A stretch of DNA of 64,000 nt from Eledone cirrhosa (GCA_964016885.1 OZ024765.1:5208001-5272000); one strand, 5' to 3'; shown: positions 13,895 through 27,838, numbered from the stretch's first letter. Notes: generated from the letters alone by a model not told the origin. Made by a program: numbers and translations.

Positions 13895-14049
13895 CAGTCC
13901 TATCATCTCATTTCTACAGCTGAGTGAACTGGAGCAATGTGAAATAAAGTGTCTTGCTCAAGGAAACAACACATCACCCGGTCTGAGAATTGAACTCACA
14001 ACCTTTCGATTGCAAGGTCAATGCTCTAACCACTAAGCCATGTGCCTCC
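13895..14049 (-). mobile_element. tRNA-derived CORE-like SINE 5' part
   Basis: TGGCTTAGTGG (A box), GAGTTCAATTC (B box), CCTTGAGCAAGACACTTTA CORE-like domain. Confidence 0.85.
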
Positions 14050-14069
14050 ATATATATATATATATTTAT

Positions 14070-14259
14070 AATTGTTTCTACTTTTTGGCACAAGGCCAGC
14101 AATTATCCCAGTGCATTACTGGTACTTTATTTTATCGACCCCGTAAGGATGAAGGGCAAAGTTAACCTCAGCGGGATTTGAACTCAGACCATAAAGGGCC
14201 GTAACTCTGTGCTGCAAAGCATGGCGTCAGACCCTCTACCGATACTGCTAATTCACCGC

Positions 14260-14261
<2 letters not shown>
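14070..14261 (-). mobile_element. Meta-like SINE, full length
   Basis: A box T(A/G)GCAGTATCGG, B box GAGTTCAAATCC, Meta-like domain, AATT tail. Confidence 0.9.
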
Positions 14262-14295
<34 letters not shown>

Positions 14296-14297
14296 AT

Positions 14298-14495
14298 AGA
14301 ACACTGGAAGGTTATATCTGTAGTAGTAGAGCACTCAGTCCATGAGACGAGGCCGGTAGAAGTAGTTCCACAACAGTTAGTTCACCATACCGAGAACAAT
14401 TGTTCCACCTTATTCGGATCATCAGCTCGGTCTGATGATCTGAATAAAGTGAAACAATTGTTCTCGGTATGGTGAACTAACTGCTGTGGAACTAC

Positions 14496-14497
<2 letters not shown>
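14298..14497 (-). mobile_element. Fold-back non-coding derivative of the Neptune-type 3' region at 61585-61690
   Basis: Arms 14361-14425 and 14432-14497; centre GATCATCAG-CTCGGT-CTGATGATC; flanked by (TA)n. Confidence 0.85.
14389..14431 (-). ncRNA. Hammerhead ribozyme (GGAA core variant)
   Basis: ACCGAG-CTGATGA-TCC GAATAA GGT-GGAA-CAATTG-TT-CTCGGT; the mirror copy at 14432-14468(+) has GAAA but lacks the 5' strand of stem I. Confidence 0.7.
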
Positions 14498-14535
<38 letters not shown>

Positions 14536-14761
14536 AATATGGGTGAGAAGAATACTGCTGGTTGCACATGGATAACATGTTATAAAATGAGTCCCTCATC
14601 AGTGATTTACCAAACGATCATGGGTATTTCATCGCATTAAAAATCATATACCTCACGTTGGAGCGATAATAACTAAAATAAGTTATTAGGACAATAGAAA
14701 CGCGTAAAGCGAGTGAGACAAGTAAACAACACAGGGGGAAGCTAACCGAAGATGGATATAT

Positions 14762-14980
14762 AGTAATAATAATAAATATGAAGACTAAAATCCAAAGAGG
14801 GCTCGATAAGGATAAATATATATCAAATATATAAGAACCGTAGAGCAAATATATATTAAAATAACAGATTAAAGTTTAAGCAAACAATCGCTGCTTTCAC
14901 CCTTAACGGGATCTTCTGAAGATCCCCTTAAGGGAAAGCACCGATTGTTTGCTTAAACTTTAATCTGTTATTTTAATAAA
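14762..14980 (-). mobile_element. Fold-back Penelope-like unit, family B
   Basis: Palindrome centred on GGGATCTTC-T-GAAGATCCC (~14916); tail hairpin at 14801-14846. Confidence 0.7.
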
Positions 14981-14996
14981 TATATATATATATATC

Positions 14997-15143
14997 AGGA
15001 TTCAACCTGTATTAAACCAGTTAGACCATTATTCAACAGAGTACTCAATACTTGGGATAGTAGAGTATGACTATATTGACAATTGAGCTCTTGCTCTTTT
15101 GACAGCTAGGTCTATCTGTCGAAACAACAGCCTGACTCTTTCT
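14997..15143 (-). mobile_element. Diverged relative of fold-back family A
   Basis: CAGAGTACTCAATACTTGGGATAGTAGAGT tail; GACAG..CTGTC-GAAAC hairpin. Confidence 0.6.
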
Positions 15144-15348
15144 AATATATTTATATATATATATATATATATATCATCATCATTATCTTCATCATCAATT
15201 TAATGTTCAAATATTTAAATATTGAAAACAATATCAAATCCACCAATAGATGGGAGATAATGCAGGTTTAGCAGCTCTTCGGTGTTTTAGGAAGATTGTC
15301 TCAACAATGGCTTCCTCCGTCCTATTGGTAAAAAGTAATATAAAATTA

Positions 15349-15895
15349 CTATTCTTCTTCTTCTTCTTCTTCTTCTTCTTCTTCTTCTTCTTCTTCTTCT
15401 TCTTCGCCTTCTTCTTCTTCGCCTTCTTCTTCTTCGCCTTCTTCTTCTTCGACTTCTTCTTCTTTGACTTCTTCTTCGACTTCTTCGCCTTCTTTGCTTT
15501 CTTCTTCGCCTTCTTTGCTTTCTTCTTCGCCTTCTTTGCTTTCTTCTTCTTCTTCGCTTTCTTTGCTTTCTTCTTCTTCTTCGCTTTCTTCGCCTTCTTT
15601 GCTTTCTTCTTCTTCTTCGCCTTCTTTGCTTTCTTCTTCTTCTTCTTCTTCTACTTCGCCTTCTTTGCTTTCTTCTTCTTCGCCTTCTTTGCTTTCTTCT
15701 TCTTCTTCTTCTTCTTCTTCCCCTTCTTTGCTTTCTTCTTCTTCTTCTTCGCCTTTGACTTCTTCTTTGACTTCTTCTTCTTTGACTTCTTCTTCTTTGA
15801 CTTCTTCTTTGCCTGCTTCTTCTTCTTTGACTTCTTCTTCTTTGACTTCTTTGCCATCTTCTTCTTCTTCTTCTTCTTCTTCTTTGCCTTCTCCT
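15349..15895. repeat. (TTC)n-derived complex microsatellite
   Basis: TTC tract with GCC/GCT/GAC interruptions. Confidence 0.9.
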
Positions 15896-17086
15896 TTTCC
15901 TCTTTCTCCCCCCCCCCCCCGCCTCCCTCTCCTAGTTCTTCCCCCCTCCCCACACACAACACATGTCTCTCTCTCTTTAAGAAGAAAGTCACAGCTGGAA
16001 TGAATACTAAGAAATAAAGTACATTACAACAACAATAACAGCAACAACAGACAATCACACACACATGCACACATACACACATGCACATACACACACACAC
16101 ATGCACACATACACACATGCACACACACACAAAGACTGCAAAGACACACACACACAACCACCAAAGACACACACACACACACACAACCTGCAAAGACACA
16201 CACACACACACACACAACCTACAATAACAACAACAACAACAACAAACAGTGTTATAGAAGCAGTGACATTTCCTCTGTACGGAACGCCTCCTTCTCTTAA
16301 TAGTCTATTGACTTGGTGGGGGGTAGTGGGAGGTGTAGTGGGGGGTATCAGGGGTTGGTGGTGGGGGGGAGGTGTGGTGGTGGTGGGGGGGTAGTGGTGG
16401 ATGGTGGTTAATGGGAGAGTGAGGGTGGCAGGTGGTGGTGTGGTGGTGGTGGGGGTTGGTGGTAATGGTGTTGGTGGGGATGGGGGGTGGGTGCAGTCGT
16501 GATTTAGGCGCAGGGCCAACAATTATGGGGGAGGGGAAAGTTGATTAAATCAACCCCAGTGTATTACTGGTATGGTATTACTGCTGCCGGTTGGTTTTGC
16601 CCATAATATCTGTCCAGTGATTCTTTCCTGAGACATTCTAACCACATGACTGTGGTATCAAAGCCATGATCTCTTGATCAGAAGTAGCGGCTCCACCTGG
16701 AGTGACTCCCTCATAACTTTGCTCTTTTCTGATGAAGGATAAACATCCGATACATTGAAACACTGTTTTTTTCTATTTCTTTCAAGCAGGTAACTCACAA
16801 GACTTTGTAATTTTACTCAGTGCTATCTTTGGCTTTACTCTAACTTGCCCAAATCACCCATCTTGATAAACATTTTTTTCTCTTTCAACCTTCCAGCTCC
16901 CCTTTTTCCTGACCTTACTTTTTCCTGATGAAGGACCATCACCCAATACATTGAGATATTGTTGTTCTTTCCTACAAGCATGGAACCATTTCAACTACTT
17001 GTATTCGCGATCGTATTCTTTTGGTCATTACTCAAGATTCATGAAGATAGGTAAGAGTTGCCATTAATACTATATTATTAAAGTAA

Positions 17087-17300
17087 AGGTGTATGGCTGA
17101 GTGGTAAGAGAATTGGATCCACAATGGTGAGGTTGTGAGTTCAACTCCTGGACCGAGTCATGCGTTATGACCTTGAGCAAGGCACTTTTTTTCATATTGC
17201 CCCTTCTACCTGGAGTTGCGACCAATAGACAGTATTAGCAATTGGAAAGACCAACGGAAACATTGTTTCCTTGGTCCGATTTCACAAAAGTCAATCGACT
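17087..17300 (+). mobile_element. CORE-like tRNA SINE
   Basis: TGGCTGAGTGG, GAGTTCAACTCC, CCTTGAGCAAGGCAC; paralogue at 17776-17997. Confidence 0.85.
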
Positions 17301-17349
17301 GTTGATATTAATTAATACCATATTATCAATCAATACCATAATATTAATT

Positions 17350-17730
17350 AATTGTTTCTACATTTGGCACAAGGCCAGCAATTACCCCAGTGCATTACTG
17401 GTACTTTATTTTATCGACCCCGTAAGGATGAAAGACAAAGACAACCTCGACGGGATTTGAATTCAGATCGTAAATATAATTACCATAATATTAATTAATG
17501 CATTTAATTATGATACAATGGAAGGTGGTGGATTTGCAGAATCGTTAGTGTTGAGCAGTATTTGTCTTGTTGCTATGTTCTATGTTCAAATCCTGTGGGG
17601 CTGACTCATTCTTTTTATTGGGGGTGGGGTGGGGGCATAAAAAACATACCAGTAAAATACTGGGGTTGATATACTCAGCTTTTTCTCCTCCCACAAGAGA
17701 CTGGCCTTGTACTTAAAAAAAATAAAAATC
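17350..17730. mobile_element. Two Meta-like SINE fragments (17350-17470 minus; 17522-17730 plus, older)
   Basis: Same diagnostic motifs as 14070-14261. Confidence 0.7.
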
Positions 17731-17775
17731 ATTACTGATTGCATTCCATATACATACATATATATATATAAGTGA

Positions 17776-17997
17776 AGGCGTGTGGCTGAGTGGTTAGAGA
17801 ACTGGATTCGCAATCGTGAGGTTGTGAGTTCGATTCCTGGACCAGGCGATGCGTTATGTCCTTGAGCAAGACACTTTATTTCACGTTGCTCCTTCTACCT
17901 GGAGTTGCGACTGATAGATAGTATTAGCAATTGGAAAGACCAATGGAAACACTGTTTCCTCGGTCCGATTTGACGAAAGTCGATCGTTAGGAATAAA
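17776..17997 (+). mobile_element. CORE-like tRNA SINE
   Basis: TGGCTGAGTGG..GAGTTCGATTCC..TGTCCTTGAGCAAGACACTTTATTTCAC. Confidence 0.9.
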
Positions 17998-18200
17998 TTG
18001 TTATACTTTGGGAGGGTCATGTTGCCAATAAAAACACACGTACCTGTTGGATTTCATGTCAATTTATTATAAATTTCCGGTTAGTTGATTCAAGAACCGG
18101 ATGCTTGTTTATATATTGTCAAAGCTCTTTCATCACACATTCTGTGACCTCCTCAGTGACTAGGTTTTTATTGATATATCCTGCTATATATTGTTCAAAT
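17998..18200 (-). mobile_element. Family C Penelope-like 3' end
   Basis: TTGTTATACTTTGGGAGGGTCAT terminus shared with 10499-10521, 46778 and ~51140. Confidence 0.75.
18118..18160 (-). ncRNA. Minimal hammerhead ribozyme (family C)
   Basis: GTCA-CTGAGGA-G-GTCACA GAATG TGTGAT-GAAA-GAGC-TT-TGAC. Confidence 0.75.
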
Positions 18201-18539
18201 TTTGTATGATTGATGTTCTGAACTGAAGATCTGTACTGAGAAACTTCATTAATATATATGTATAGATTAGATACTTCAATGAAATATATGAGAAGCCCGG
18301 ATTCCATTAACATTGTTATTGTTGTATAATACATATTTCTGTGGCTGATTCATTTGTATCATTTATGTTCATAGCATCTGATGACTTCGCCAATTGTTTT
18401 ATGGCAGGGTCATGTGATGTAAGTTAATCAGCCACAGAAATACTTATTAGGCAACAATAACAAAAATTATTGGAATCCGGCTTTCTCCTACGTGAAAAAA
18501 ATAATGTCTATAAATATTTATATTATTGCATGTATTGCT

Positions 18540-19210
18540 TTCCATAGTTTTCCTTTCTTTCCATACTTTTCCTTTCTTTCCATATTTTTCCTTTCTTTTC
18601 ATACTTTTCCTTTCTTTTCATACTTTTCCTTTCTTTTCATACTTTTCCTTTCTTTTCATACTTTTCCTTTCTTTTCATACTTTTCCTTTCTTTTCATACT
18701 TTTCCTTTCTTTTCATACTTTTCCTTTCTTTTCATACTTTTCCTTTCTTTTCATACTTTTCCTTTCTTTTCATACTTTTCCTTTCTTTTCATACTTTTCC
18801 TTTCTTTTCATACTTTTCCTTTCTTTTCATACTTTTCCTTTCTTTTCATACTTTTCCTTTCTTTTCATACTTTTCCTTTCTTTTCATACTTTTCCTTTCT
18901 TTTCATACTTTTCCTTTCTTTTCATACTTTTCCTTTCTTTTCATACTTTTCCTTTCTTTTCATACTTTTCCTTTCTTTTCATACTTTTCCTTTCTTTTCA
19001 TACTTTTCCTTTCTTTTCATACTTTTCCTTTCTTTTCATACTTTTCCTTTCTTTTCATACTTTTCCTTTCTTTTCATACTTTTCCTTTCTTTTCATACTT
19101 TTCCTTTCTTTTCATACTTTTCCTTTCTTTTCATACTTTTCCTTTCTTTTCATACTTTTCCTTTCTTTTCATACTTTTCCTTTCTTTCCATAGTTTTCCT
19201 TTCTTTCCAT
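18540..19210 (+). repeat. 19-bp minisatellite, ~35 copies
   Basis: Unit TTTTCATACTTTTCCTTTC. Confidence 0.97.
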
Positions 19211-19340
19211 ATTTGCTAGTTTATTAATTTTTATCATTATTTTGGGGTTGTTTTTTTATTATATATATAAATGTTGTTGTTGTTGTTTTATAAGTTAGCA
19301 AAACTATAAACGGTAGAACTGAAAACAAAACAGTGTGTGT

Positions 19341-19390
<50 letters not shown>

Positions 19391-19425
19391 TGAGAGGAGA
19401 AAAGCAAGATACAGAAAGAGACATG

Positions 19426-19456
<31 letters not shown>

Positions 19457-19500
19457 TCATTATCATCATTTAATGTCTACTTTCCCTGCTAGCATAAGTT

Positions 19501-19573
<73 letters not shown>

Positions 19574-19578
19574 TATAC

Positions 19579-19610
<32 letters not shown>

Positions 19611-19925
19611 GTGTGTGTGTGTGAGTACATACACACATATATGTATGTATATGTGTGTATATGTATATATGTATGTGTATATGTAGATATATATGTATGT
19701 ATATATATATATGTATGTATATATGTATATATATATGTATATATATGTGTGTGTGTATATATGTATATATATATATATATAATATAATGTATATATATGA
19801 ATGTGTACATATGTATGTATATGTATGTATATGTGTATATATATATATGTGTATATGTGTATATATATGTGTGTGTGTATATATATATGTATATTTGTAT
19901 ATATATGTATATATATATTCATATA

Positions 19926-19968
<43 letters not shown>

Positions 19969-19989
19969 ATATATATATATATGTATATA

Positions 19990-20021
<32 letters not shown>

Positions 20022-20902
20022 CAGAGAAAGACAAAAATTGAATGAGAGAAGGGAAAAAAACAATGTGTGTGTGTGAGTGTGTAATTGCCGTGCTACTTAA
20101 AAGGGGACCTACCCCTACTCCCACCCACCCCCAACCACCCACCCCCAACCATTTTACCATTTTCCAGACATTGTTTTAAAAGAAGGTCTTTTTTAAAACC
20201 GGAAATTGTATTCTGTGAGACAAAAAAAGATCAGTGTCACTTCCGCTGTAGGAGGAGTGGTGGTGGTGGGAGTGGAGGGTGTTGTTGTTATGGGTGGTGG
20301 TGGTGGTGTTGGTGGGGGGTGTTGTTGGTGTTGTTGTTATGGGTGGTGGTGGTGGTGGTGTTGGTGTGGGGGGGGTCTTGGTGGGAGTGGAGGGTGTTGT
20401 TGGTGTTGTTGTTATGGTTGGTGGTGGTGGTGGTGTTGGTGGGGGGGGGGTGTTGTTATGGTTGGTGGTGGTGTTGTTGTTGGGGGGAGAGTAGTGTTGG
20501 TGAGGGGGGGGGGTGTTGTTGGTGTTGTTGTTATGGTTGGTGGTGGTGGTGGTGTTGTTGGGGGGAGAGTAGTGTTGGTGAGGGGGGGAGTGGTGGTGGT
20601 GGTGGTGTTGGGGGGAGAGTAGTGTTGGTGAGGGGGGGAGTGGTGTTGGTGGTGGTGGAAGTGTTGGTGAAAGGGGGGGTCGGCGGTGGAGTGGTGGTGG
20701 TGGTGGTGGTGGTGTGGGGGGAGTGGTGGTGGTGTGTGTGTGTGGGGGGGGGGGGGGGGGGGGTCGACGGTGGAGTGGTGGTGGTGGTGGTGGTGGTAGA
20801 GGTGTCGGCGGTGGAGTGGTGTTAGGGGTGGTGGTGGTGGTGGTGTGAATAACAACTACAATAATTAGTACAACAATAACAAGAACAACAACATCAACAA
20901 TA

Positions 20903-21085
20903 AATGTTTCTACTTTAGGCACAAGGCCAGCAATTACCCCAGTGCATTACTGGTACTTTATTTTATCGACCCCGTAAGGATGAAAGGCAAAGTCAACCTC
21001 GGCGGGATTTGAACTCAGACCGTAAAGGGCCGTAACTCTATGCTGCAAAGCATGGCGTCCGACCCTCTACCGATTCTTCCAATCC
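20903..21085 (-). mobile_element. Meta-like SINE
   Basis: Near full-length match to 14070-14261. Confidence 0.9.
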
Positions 21086-21623
21086 AAATGATAATGATTT
21101 CATTTATTGCCACAAGGGCCGCCATGTTGATAATAATCATCATAACAACAACAACAACAACAGTAACAAGAAGAAGAAGAAGGGGAGGAAGCCACCTTTA
21201 AAAATCTCTCCAGAGATGTAATCCACTCAACCTATGACATAGCTGTGTGTTTAGACAGGGTATAGAAACTCAAGTGTTAACTACAACTACAACACCAACT
21301 ACAACAACAACAGCAACTACAACAGCTACAACAACTACACCGCCACCACCACCAACAACAACATTATTTAAATTGTTTCGTTGTTGATTACTCTCTCATC
21401 CAAATAATAACAGATGTTGACAATTTTATTATTTTTGATTAAATTTCTTTTAATTATTTTGTTTAATTATTTAATTTAATTATTTTTTATATATTTTATT
21501 TAATTGTTATTTATAAATATTTTTATTTAATTATTTTTTATATATATTTTATTTTATTATTTTTATTATTTATATATATTTTATTTAATTACTTTTATAT
21601 ATTTTATTTAATTATTATTTATA

Positions 21624-21813
21624 GGGCGGTGGATTGGCAGTATCGGTAGAGGGTCGGACGCCATGCTTTCCAGCATAGTTACGTCCCTTTACGATCTGAG
21701 TTCAAATCCCGCCGAGGTTGACTTTGCCTTTCATCCTTACGGGGTCGATAAAATAAAGTACCAGTAATGCACTGGGTAATTGCTGGCCTTGTGCCTAAAG
21801 TAGAAACAATTAT
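21624..21813 (+). mobile_element. Meta-like SINE, full length
   Basis: GGGCGGTGGATTGGCAGTATCGGTAGAG...GAGTTCAAATCC...AGTAGAAACAATTAT. Confidence 0.92.
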
Positions 21814-22946
21814 TTATATATATTTTATTTTATTATTTTTATATGTTTTATTTAATTATTTTTATATATATTTTATTTAATTATTTTTATATATTTAATT
21901 TAATTATTATTTATATATTTATTTAATTATTTTTATATATTTAATTTAATTATTATTTATATATATTTTATTTAATTATTTATATATATTTTATTTAATT
22001 ATTATTTATATATATTTTACTTAATTGTTATTTATATATATTTTATTTAAAAAAGAAAATTTCGCTCTACATGGCTGAATACAATGAATGTAATCTGAGT
22101 TTTTTGAATATTAATAATAACATTCGTTCGTTTGCAATTATGCAAACAAGCCTCAATTTTATAGCCATGTCAGTAGAATGAACACTTCATTCTTGCTCTT
22201 ATGTTGGCATGCATAATTGCAAACGAATCGAATGTTATTATTAATATTCGAAAAACTCAGATTACATTTATATTTAATTTAATTGTTATTTATATATATT
22301 TTATTTAATTATCTTTATATATTTAAAATATTTTGTTAGGCTCTTTAAAGAAACAATATATTTATTTGTAATCAAATCCTTGTTAGGTCATTATTCTAAA
22401 AAGATATCAATTTGATGTTGAAATACAACAGGAAAATAATGATATATATAATATAATATAAAAATAATATATGATGTAATATAATATGGTATAATATAAT
22501 ATAATATAATATAATATAATATAATATAATATAATATAATATGGTTTAATATGATATAATATAATATAATATGGTTTAATATGATATAATATAATATGGT
22601 ATAATATAATATAATTGTTTCTACTTTAGGCACAAGGCCAGCAATTACCCAGTGCATTACTGGTACTTTATTTTATAATATGGTATAATATAATATAATA
22701 TGGTTTAATATGGTATAATATAATATGGTTTAATATGATATAATATAATATGGTATAATATAATATGGTATAATATAATATAATATAATATATGGTTTAA
22801 TATGATATGATATAATATAATATGGTATAATATAATATAATATGGTTTAATATGATATGATATAATATAATATGGTATAATATAATATAATATAATATGG
22901 TTTAATATGATATAATATAATATGGTATAATATAATATATGATATA

Positions 22947-23088
22947 ATTGTTTCTACTTTTGGCACAAGGCCAGCAATTTATCCCAGTGTATTACTGGTA
23001 CTTTATTTTATCAACCCCGTAAGGATGAAAGGCAAAGTTAACCTCAACAGGATTTGAACTCAGACCATAAAGGGACGTAACTCTATGC
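22947..23088 (-). mobile_element. Meta-like SINE (another fragment at 22614-22675)
   Basis: Matches the family consensus seen in this window. Confidence 0.85.
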
Positions 23089-23265
23089 CGCCATGTCCCG
23101 CATCTACCAGAAACCAGTGTCTGTCCTTAGGGCATCAATGTATATCAACCTCGGTCTCCCTCTTTTAGTGTGTCTGTGTAGGGGCTCCCACAGGAGCACT
23201 GAGTGCAGTGTCAAGTCTGAATGTCGGTGAGCATGTCCAGCTAACCTCAGTCTCTTTCGAGCTGA
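23088..23265 (-). mobile_element. RTE-like LINE fragment
   Basis: RKRLRLAGHAHRHSDLTLHSVLLWEPLHRHTKRGRPRLIYIDALRTDTG. Confidence 0.8.
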
Positions 23266-23776
23266 CTTTTAAATAAATAATGTCAATGAGGTTTATAACT
23301 TTTGAATTGCCTTTTGTTATATTTTCTAATATTATATTTATATTTTTTATCCTGGATTCATTTTGCTTATTTCTTTAATTGTTTCGGTATTTTCTTGGGT
23401 TTTTATGTTATGTTGTGAGACCTAGACTTCCTGATACGTGGCACCACGTCATCTAAGTGGATAGTTTGAAGGTCTAAGGTTGAGGGACTATGGCAGAGGG
23501 TGGAGCACAGCTTATTATGTAAAGGGTCATAGTCGCTGCAGATAAGGTTTATTATACAGAAACTAGGTAATATGACAGCTGCAGCTTGATAACGTCTGTC
23601 TAATAGGTGGCTATTACCGTCTGATTGTATAAGCCGAGTTTGGGAGAATGGGTGGTCTGTGTTTGATTTGCCTGGAGGAAAAATATGGTTGGTTTGGCAT
23701 GAGTCATGAGTACAGGTTGGCCTTCAGTTTAGGGTATTTCCTGAGGGTTAATAGACTGACTGGAGCAATAATGGAC

Positions 23777-23946
23777 TTTCTACTTTAGGCACAAGGCCAG
23801 CAATTAACCAGTGTATTACTGGTACTTTATTTTATTGATCCCGTAAGCAAAGTTAACCTCGGCGGGATTTGAACTCAGAACGTAAAGGGCCTTAACTCTA
23901 TGCATGCAAAGCATGGCATCTGACCCCTCTACCGATACTGCCAATC
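23777..23946 (-). mobile_element. Meta-like SINE
   Basis: Family motifs present. Confidence 0.85.
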
Positions 23947-24135
23947 TCCTCCATTTTTCATCTCTTTAACATCTTCACTCCTTCTCTTCCCCCTCCTCTC
24001 TCTCTCTCTTTTCATCTTTCTATTCTTCCTCTTCTTTGCCCCCTCTCTTTCTTTATTCCTCTCTCCCTTCTCTTCCCTCAATACATATATTTCCTGTCTA
24101 TCTATGTTTCTCTAATTCTCCTCCTCCTCCTCCTC

Positions 24136-24174
<39 letters not shown>

Positions 24175-26779
24175 CCTTTTTCCTTCTCTCTCTCTCTACC
24201 CTTTTTCCTTCTCTCTCTCTACCCTTTTCCCCCTCTCTCTCTCTCTACCCTTTTCCTCCTCTCTCTCTACCCTTTTCCTCCTCTCTCTCTACCCTTTTCC
24301 TCCTCTCTCTCTACCCTTTTTCCTCCTCTCTCTCTACCCTTTTTCCTCCTCTCTCTCTCTCTCTACCCTTTTTCCTCCTCTCTCTCTCTACCCTTTTTCC
24401 TCCTCTCTCTCTCTCTCTACCCTTTTTCCTCCTCTCTCTCTCTACCCTTTTCCTCCTCTCTACCCTTTTTCCTCCTCTCTCTCTACCCTTTTTCCTCCTC
24501 TCTCTCTCTCTCTCTCTACCCTTTTTCCTCCTCTCTCTCTCTCTCTCTACCCTTTTCCTCCTCTCTACCCTTTTCCTCCTCTCTCTCTACCCCTTTTCCT
24601 ACTCTCTCCCTCTCTCTCAAACCTCTTCCTCCTCCCCCTCCATCTTTCACTCTCTCTCTCTCTCTCTCTCAACCCCTCCTCCTCTTTCCCTTTCAATCAC
24701 TCCTCCCTCAATACACGTCTTACCTCTTTTTTTCCACATCTCACCTGTCTCTGTCTGTCTGTCTGTCTGTCTGTCTGTGTGTCGAGCCGAGCTGTCGTCT
24801 CTTTTAACACCAAACTAGAAATAGTACATAAAACTAATAATGCACAAACAACAACAACACCACCACTACCTAAAACAACAACAACACCTCCTCACCACCA
24901 CCACCACCACCACTACTACCACCACCACTACCTAAAACAACAACACCTCCCTCGCCACCACCACCACCACCACTACTACCACCACCACTACCTAAAACAA
25001 CAACAAAACAACACCTCCCTCACCATCACCATCACCCACAACACCACCACCCTCAACAACGATAACAATACCATCTCCACCACTACCACCACCATCACCC
25101 AAAACAACAACACAACCATCACCACCTCCTTCAATAACAACAACAGTCTCCTCCCCCACCACTACCATCTCCACCACCACCACCTCCACCAACAACAATA
25201 ACAGCACCACCGACACCTAAAACAACATCACCATCTCCACCCCACTACTAAAAAACAGCACAACAATAACGCCTCAACAACATCTCCCCCCCCCATCTCC
25301 ACCACCTCCCCCAACAACCCCCATCTCCACCACCACCATCTCCTCCAACAACACCACCATCTCCACCACCACCACCACCAACAACACCATCACCATCTCC
25401 ACCACCAACAACAACAACAACACCACCTCCACCACCACCACCACTACCACCACCCTCTCCACCACCACCACCACCACCCAATTCTTTACATCAGGTGCCA
25501 CAATCATTTACGACAAATGGCCCTTATCGCTGCTAAAAATCATCTGCAAAAGCGATCACTATCGATCTCCCTGAGAGATAGAGAGAGAGAGGGGGTAGGG
25601 GGGGGGGGGAGTGACGATGTCAACGAGATAAAAATGACAAACGGACAGACTGCGAAAATAACTTAAGACAATTACGGAGGATCAAGACATATGGAGAGAG
25701 AGAGAGAGAGAGAGAGAATGGTGATAGAGAGAGATAGAATGGTGATAGATAGATAGATAGAGAGAGAGAGAGAATGGTGATAGATAGGTAGAGAGAGAGA
25801 GAGAATGGAGATAGATAGAGAGAGGGAGAGAGTGATAGATAGATAGAATGGAGAGAGAGAGAGATATAGAATGGTGGAGAGAGAGAGAGAGATAAATAAA
25901 GAAAATGAAGGCGAGATGGATAGATAAAGGTAAGGAAGGAGATCGTGAGAGAGAGAGGGAGGGAGAGAGGAAAGGAAAACGAGGGTCTGTCACCTTTGTA
26001 TATTATTGCCTTTGGCCAAGAAAATCTTCAAACTACGATGTTGTCGTCGTCGCCATCTTTATTTTTCCCCCTTTATTCGCTTCCTTTGCTGGTTTGTTTT
26101 GTTCCTTTTCTCCGCCGCTTCTAAGTAAAGCTGTCGATATCGGACGATCTTGGCAAGAAAAACTATTAGATCAAACGCGGCAACTCTCCCCTTCCATTCT
26201 CCGCTCAGTTCACCTCACCTTAGTTCAAATACATCCCTCTTCTTCCCCCTCTCTCCCTCACACACACAAACTTCTCTCTCTCTCTCTCACAAACTTCTCT
26301 CTCTCTCTCTCACACAAACTTCTCTCTCTCTCTCACACAAACTTCTCTCTCTCTCTCACAAACTTCTCCCCCTCTCTCTCTCTCACACAAACTTCTCTCT
26401 CTCTCTCACACACACACACAAACTTCTCTCTCTCTCTCACACACAGACTTCTCTCTCTCTCCCTCTCACACACACAGACTTCTCTCTCTCTCTCACCCCC
26501 CCTCCTTATCACCCCCCCCCCCCCCCGCTCGCTCTCACACAAAATAACAAAGCAAACGATACAGTATATATATATGTCTGGAACAACTAGCTGTTGAAAC
26601 GGCAAGAGCTCAACCGTCGGGTCGTGACTCTTTATAACACACACACACACACACACACACACATATGTATGTATGTGTATGTATGTATGTATGTATGTAT
26701 GTGTATATGTGTGTGTGTGTGTATGTGTGTGTGTATGTGTGTATGTATGTGTGTATGTGTGTGTGTGTATGCATATACA

Positions 26780-27180
26780 TGTCAGGTCACCAGTTGGTGC
26801 TACTGGTAACATGTATCCCAGTACAACCTGTCTCATGGTCGGGTCGTTGGCGACTAAACTGGCAACCCCACCAAGGTTTCTTGGTGAGGAGGGTGACTTT
26901 GGACATCCTGCAGGACTAAAAACAAAACCTGTCAAAGGGCAAAGGAGCTCTTAAGAGTCAATGGCCATCCAAAATCACCGGGTGAGATGACCCCTTAGCC
27001 TTTGTCAAGGCAGAATTCTAGGAGAAGGAAAACTCTTTTATATAACACCTGCAACCCTGATGGTATCCAATGATGTCTTGTTCTTCTTTTTGGTAAATAT
27101 CATCTTGGTTAAGAGAGTGGGACTGGCTTTGTGCAGTGCCTTTGCTCACTATAAAAGCTTCACGGCACAGGCATTGCTTT
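26780..27180 (+). mobile_element. Dispersed repeat resembling an RTE-LINE 5' UTR
   Basis: Near-identical copy at 46271-46560 and diverged copy at 38454-38945(-); contains TAGGAGAAGGAAAACTC; the RTE assignment is an inference. Confidence 0.6.
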
Positions 27181-27838
27181 ATATCTGGAGATCTCTCTTC
27201 ACTTGTCGTCACATGGTACCATGGGCCCAGCACTATGTGTCAATAATTGTCACAAGTGTAGTGTTTGTACTAGAGTTTTCAAGTCGCTGGCTGGACTAAA
27301 AAGTCACACTCGTTCAGCGCATCGGTAGGGGCTCTCCTACATGGATATAAAGTAGTGGCCGTACTCGAAAACGAGTTGGCAGCCACCATGTATGTATGTA
27401 TGTATGTGTGTGTGTATGTATGTATGTATGTATGTATGTATGTATGTATGTATGTATGTATGTATGTGTGTGTGTCTGTGTGTGCAAAGTAAATGAAAAT
27501 ATGAGAGCAGCCGTATATGGTAATGAAGGCAACGATAGATTTGAACCTCGGCTCAGCGGAGTCATTCATTGCTAGGCTGAAGTCAGTCAACTGAGGATCA
27601 ACTCTGACACAATTTTGATAGGTTTCACTGGTTCCTTTCTCTTTTCTAAACCCATCGATCTTGTGTTCTTGTCTTTTCCTTAACATGTAGTGGTGGTGGT
27701 GGTGGTGGTGGTGTAGTGGTGGTGGTGGTGTCTCACACTTTCTCTCTATATGTATGTGTGTATAAAGATATAGATAGATAGGTATATATATATATATATA
27801 CGTACACACACACACACATATATATTTATATGTACGTG

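Noticed and set aside
15250-16217. Glu-rich or Lys-rich (histone H1/protamine-like) ORFs
   Set aside because: (TTC)n-derived; open in several frames on both strands and running into other microsatellites
17776-17850. tRNA genes
   Set aside because: A and B boxes belong to SINE heads; no complete cloverleaf, and each continues into a SINE body
26830-26900. HDV-like ribozyme in the RTE 5'UTR-like repeat
   Set aside because: Could not assemble the P1/P1.1/P2/P3 pseudoknot by eye
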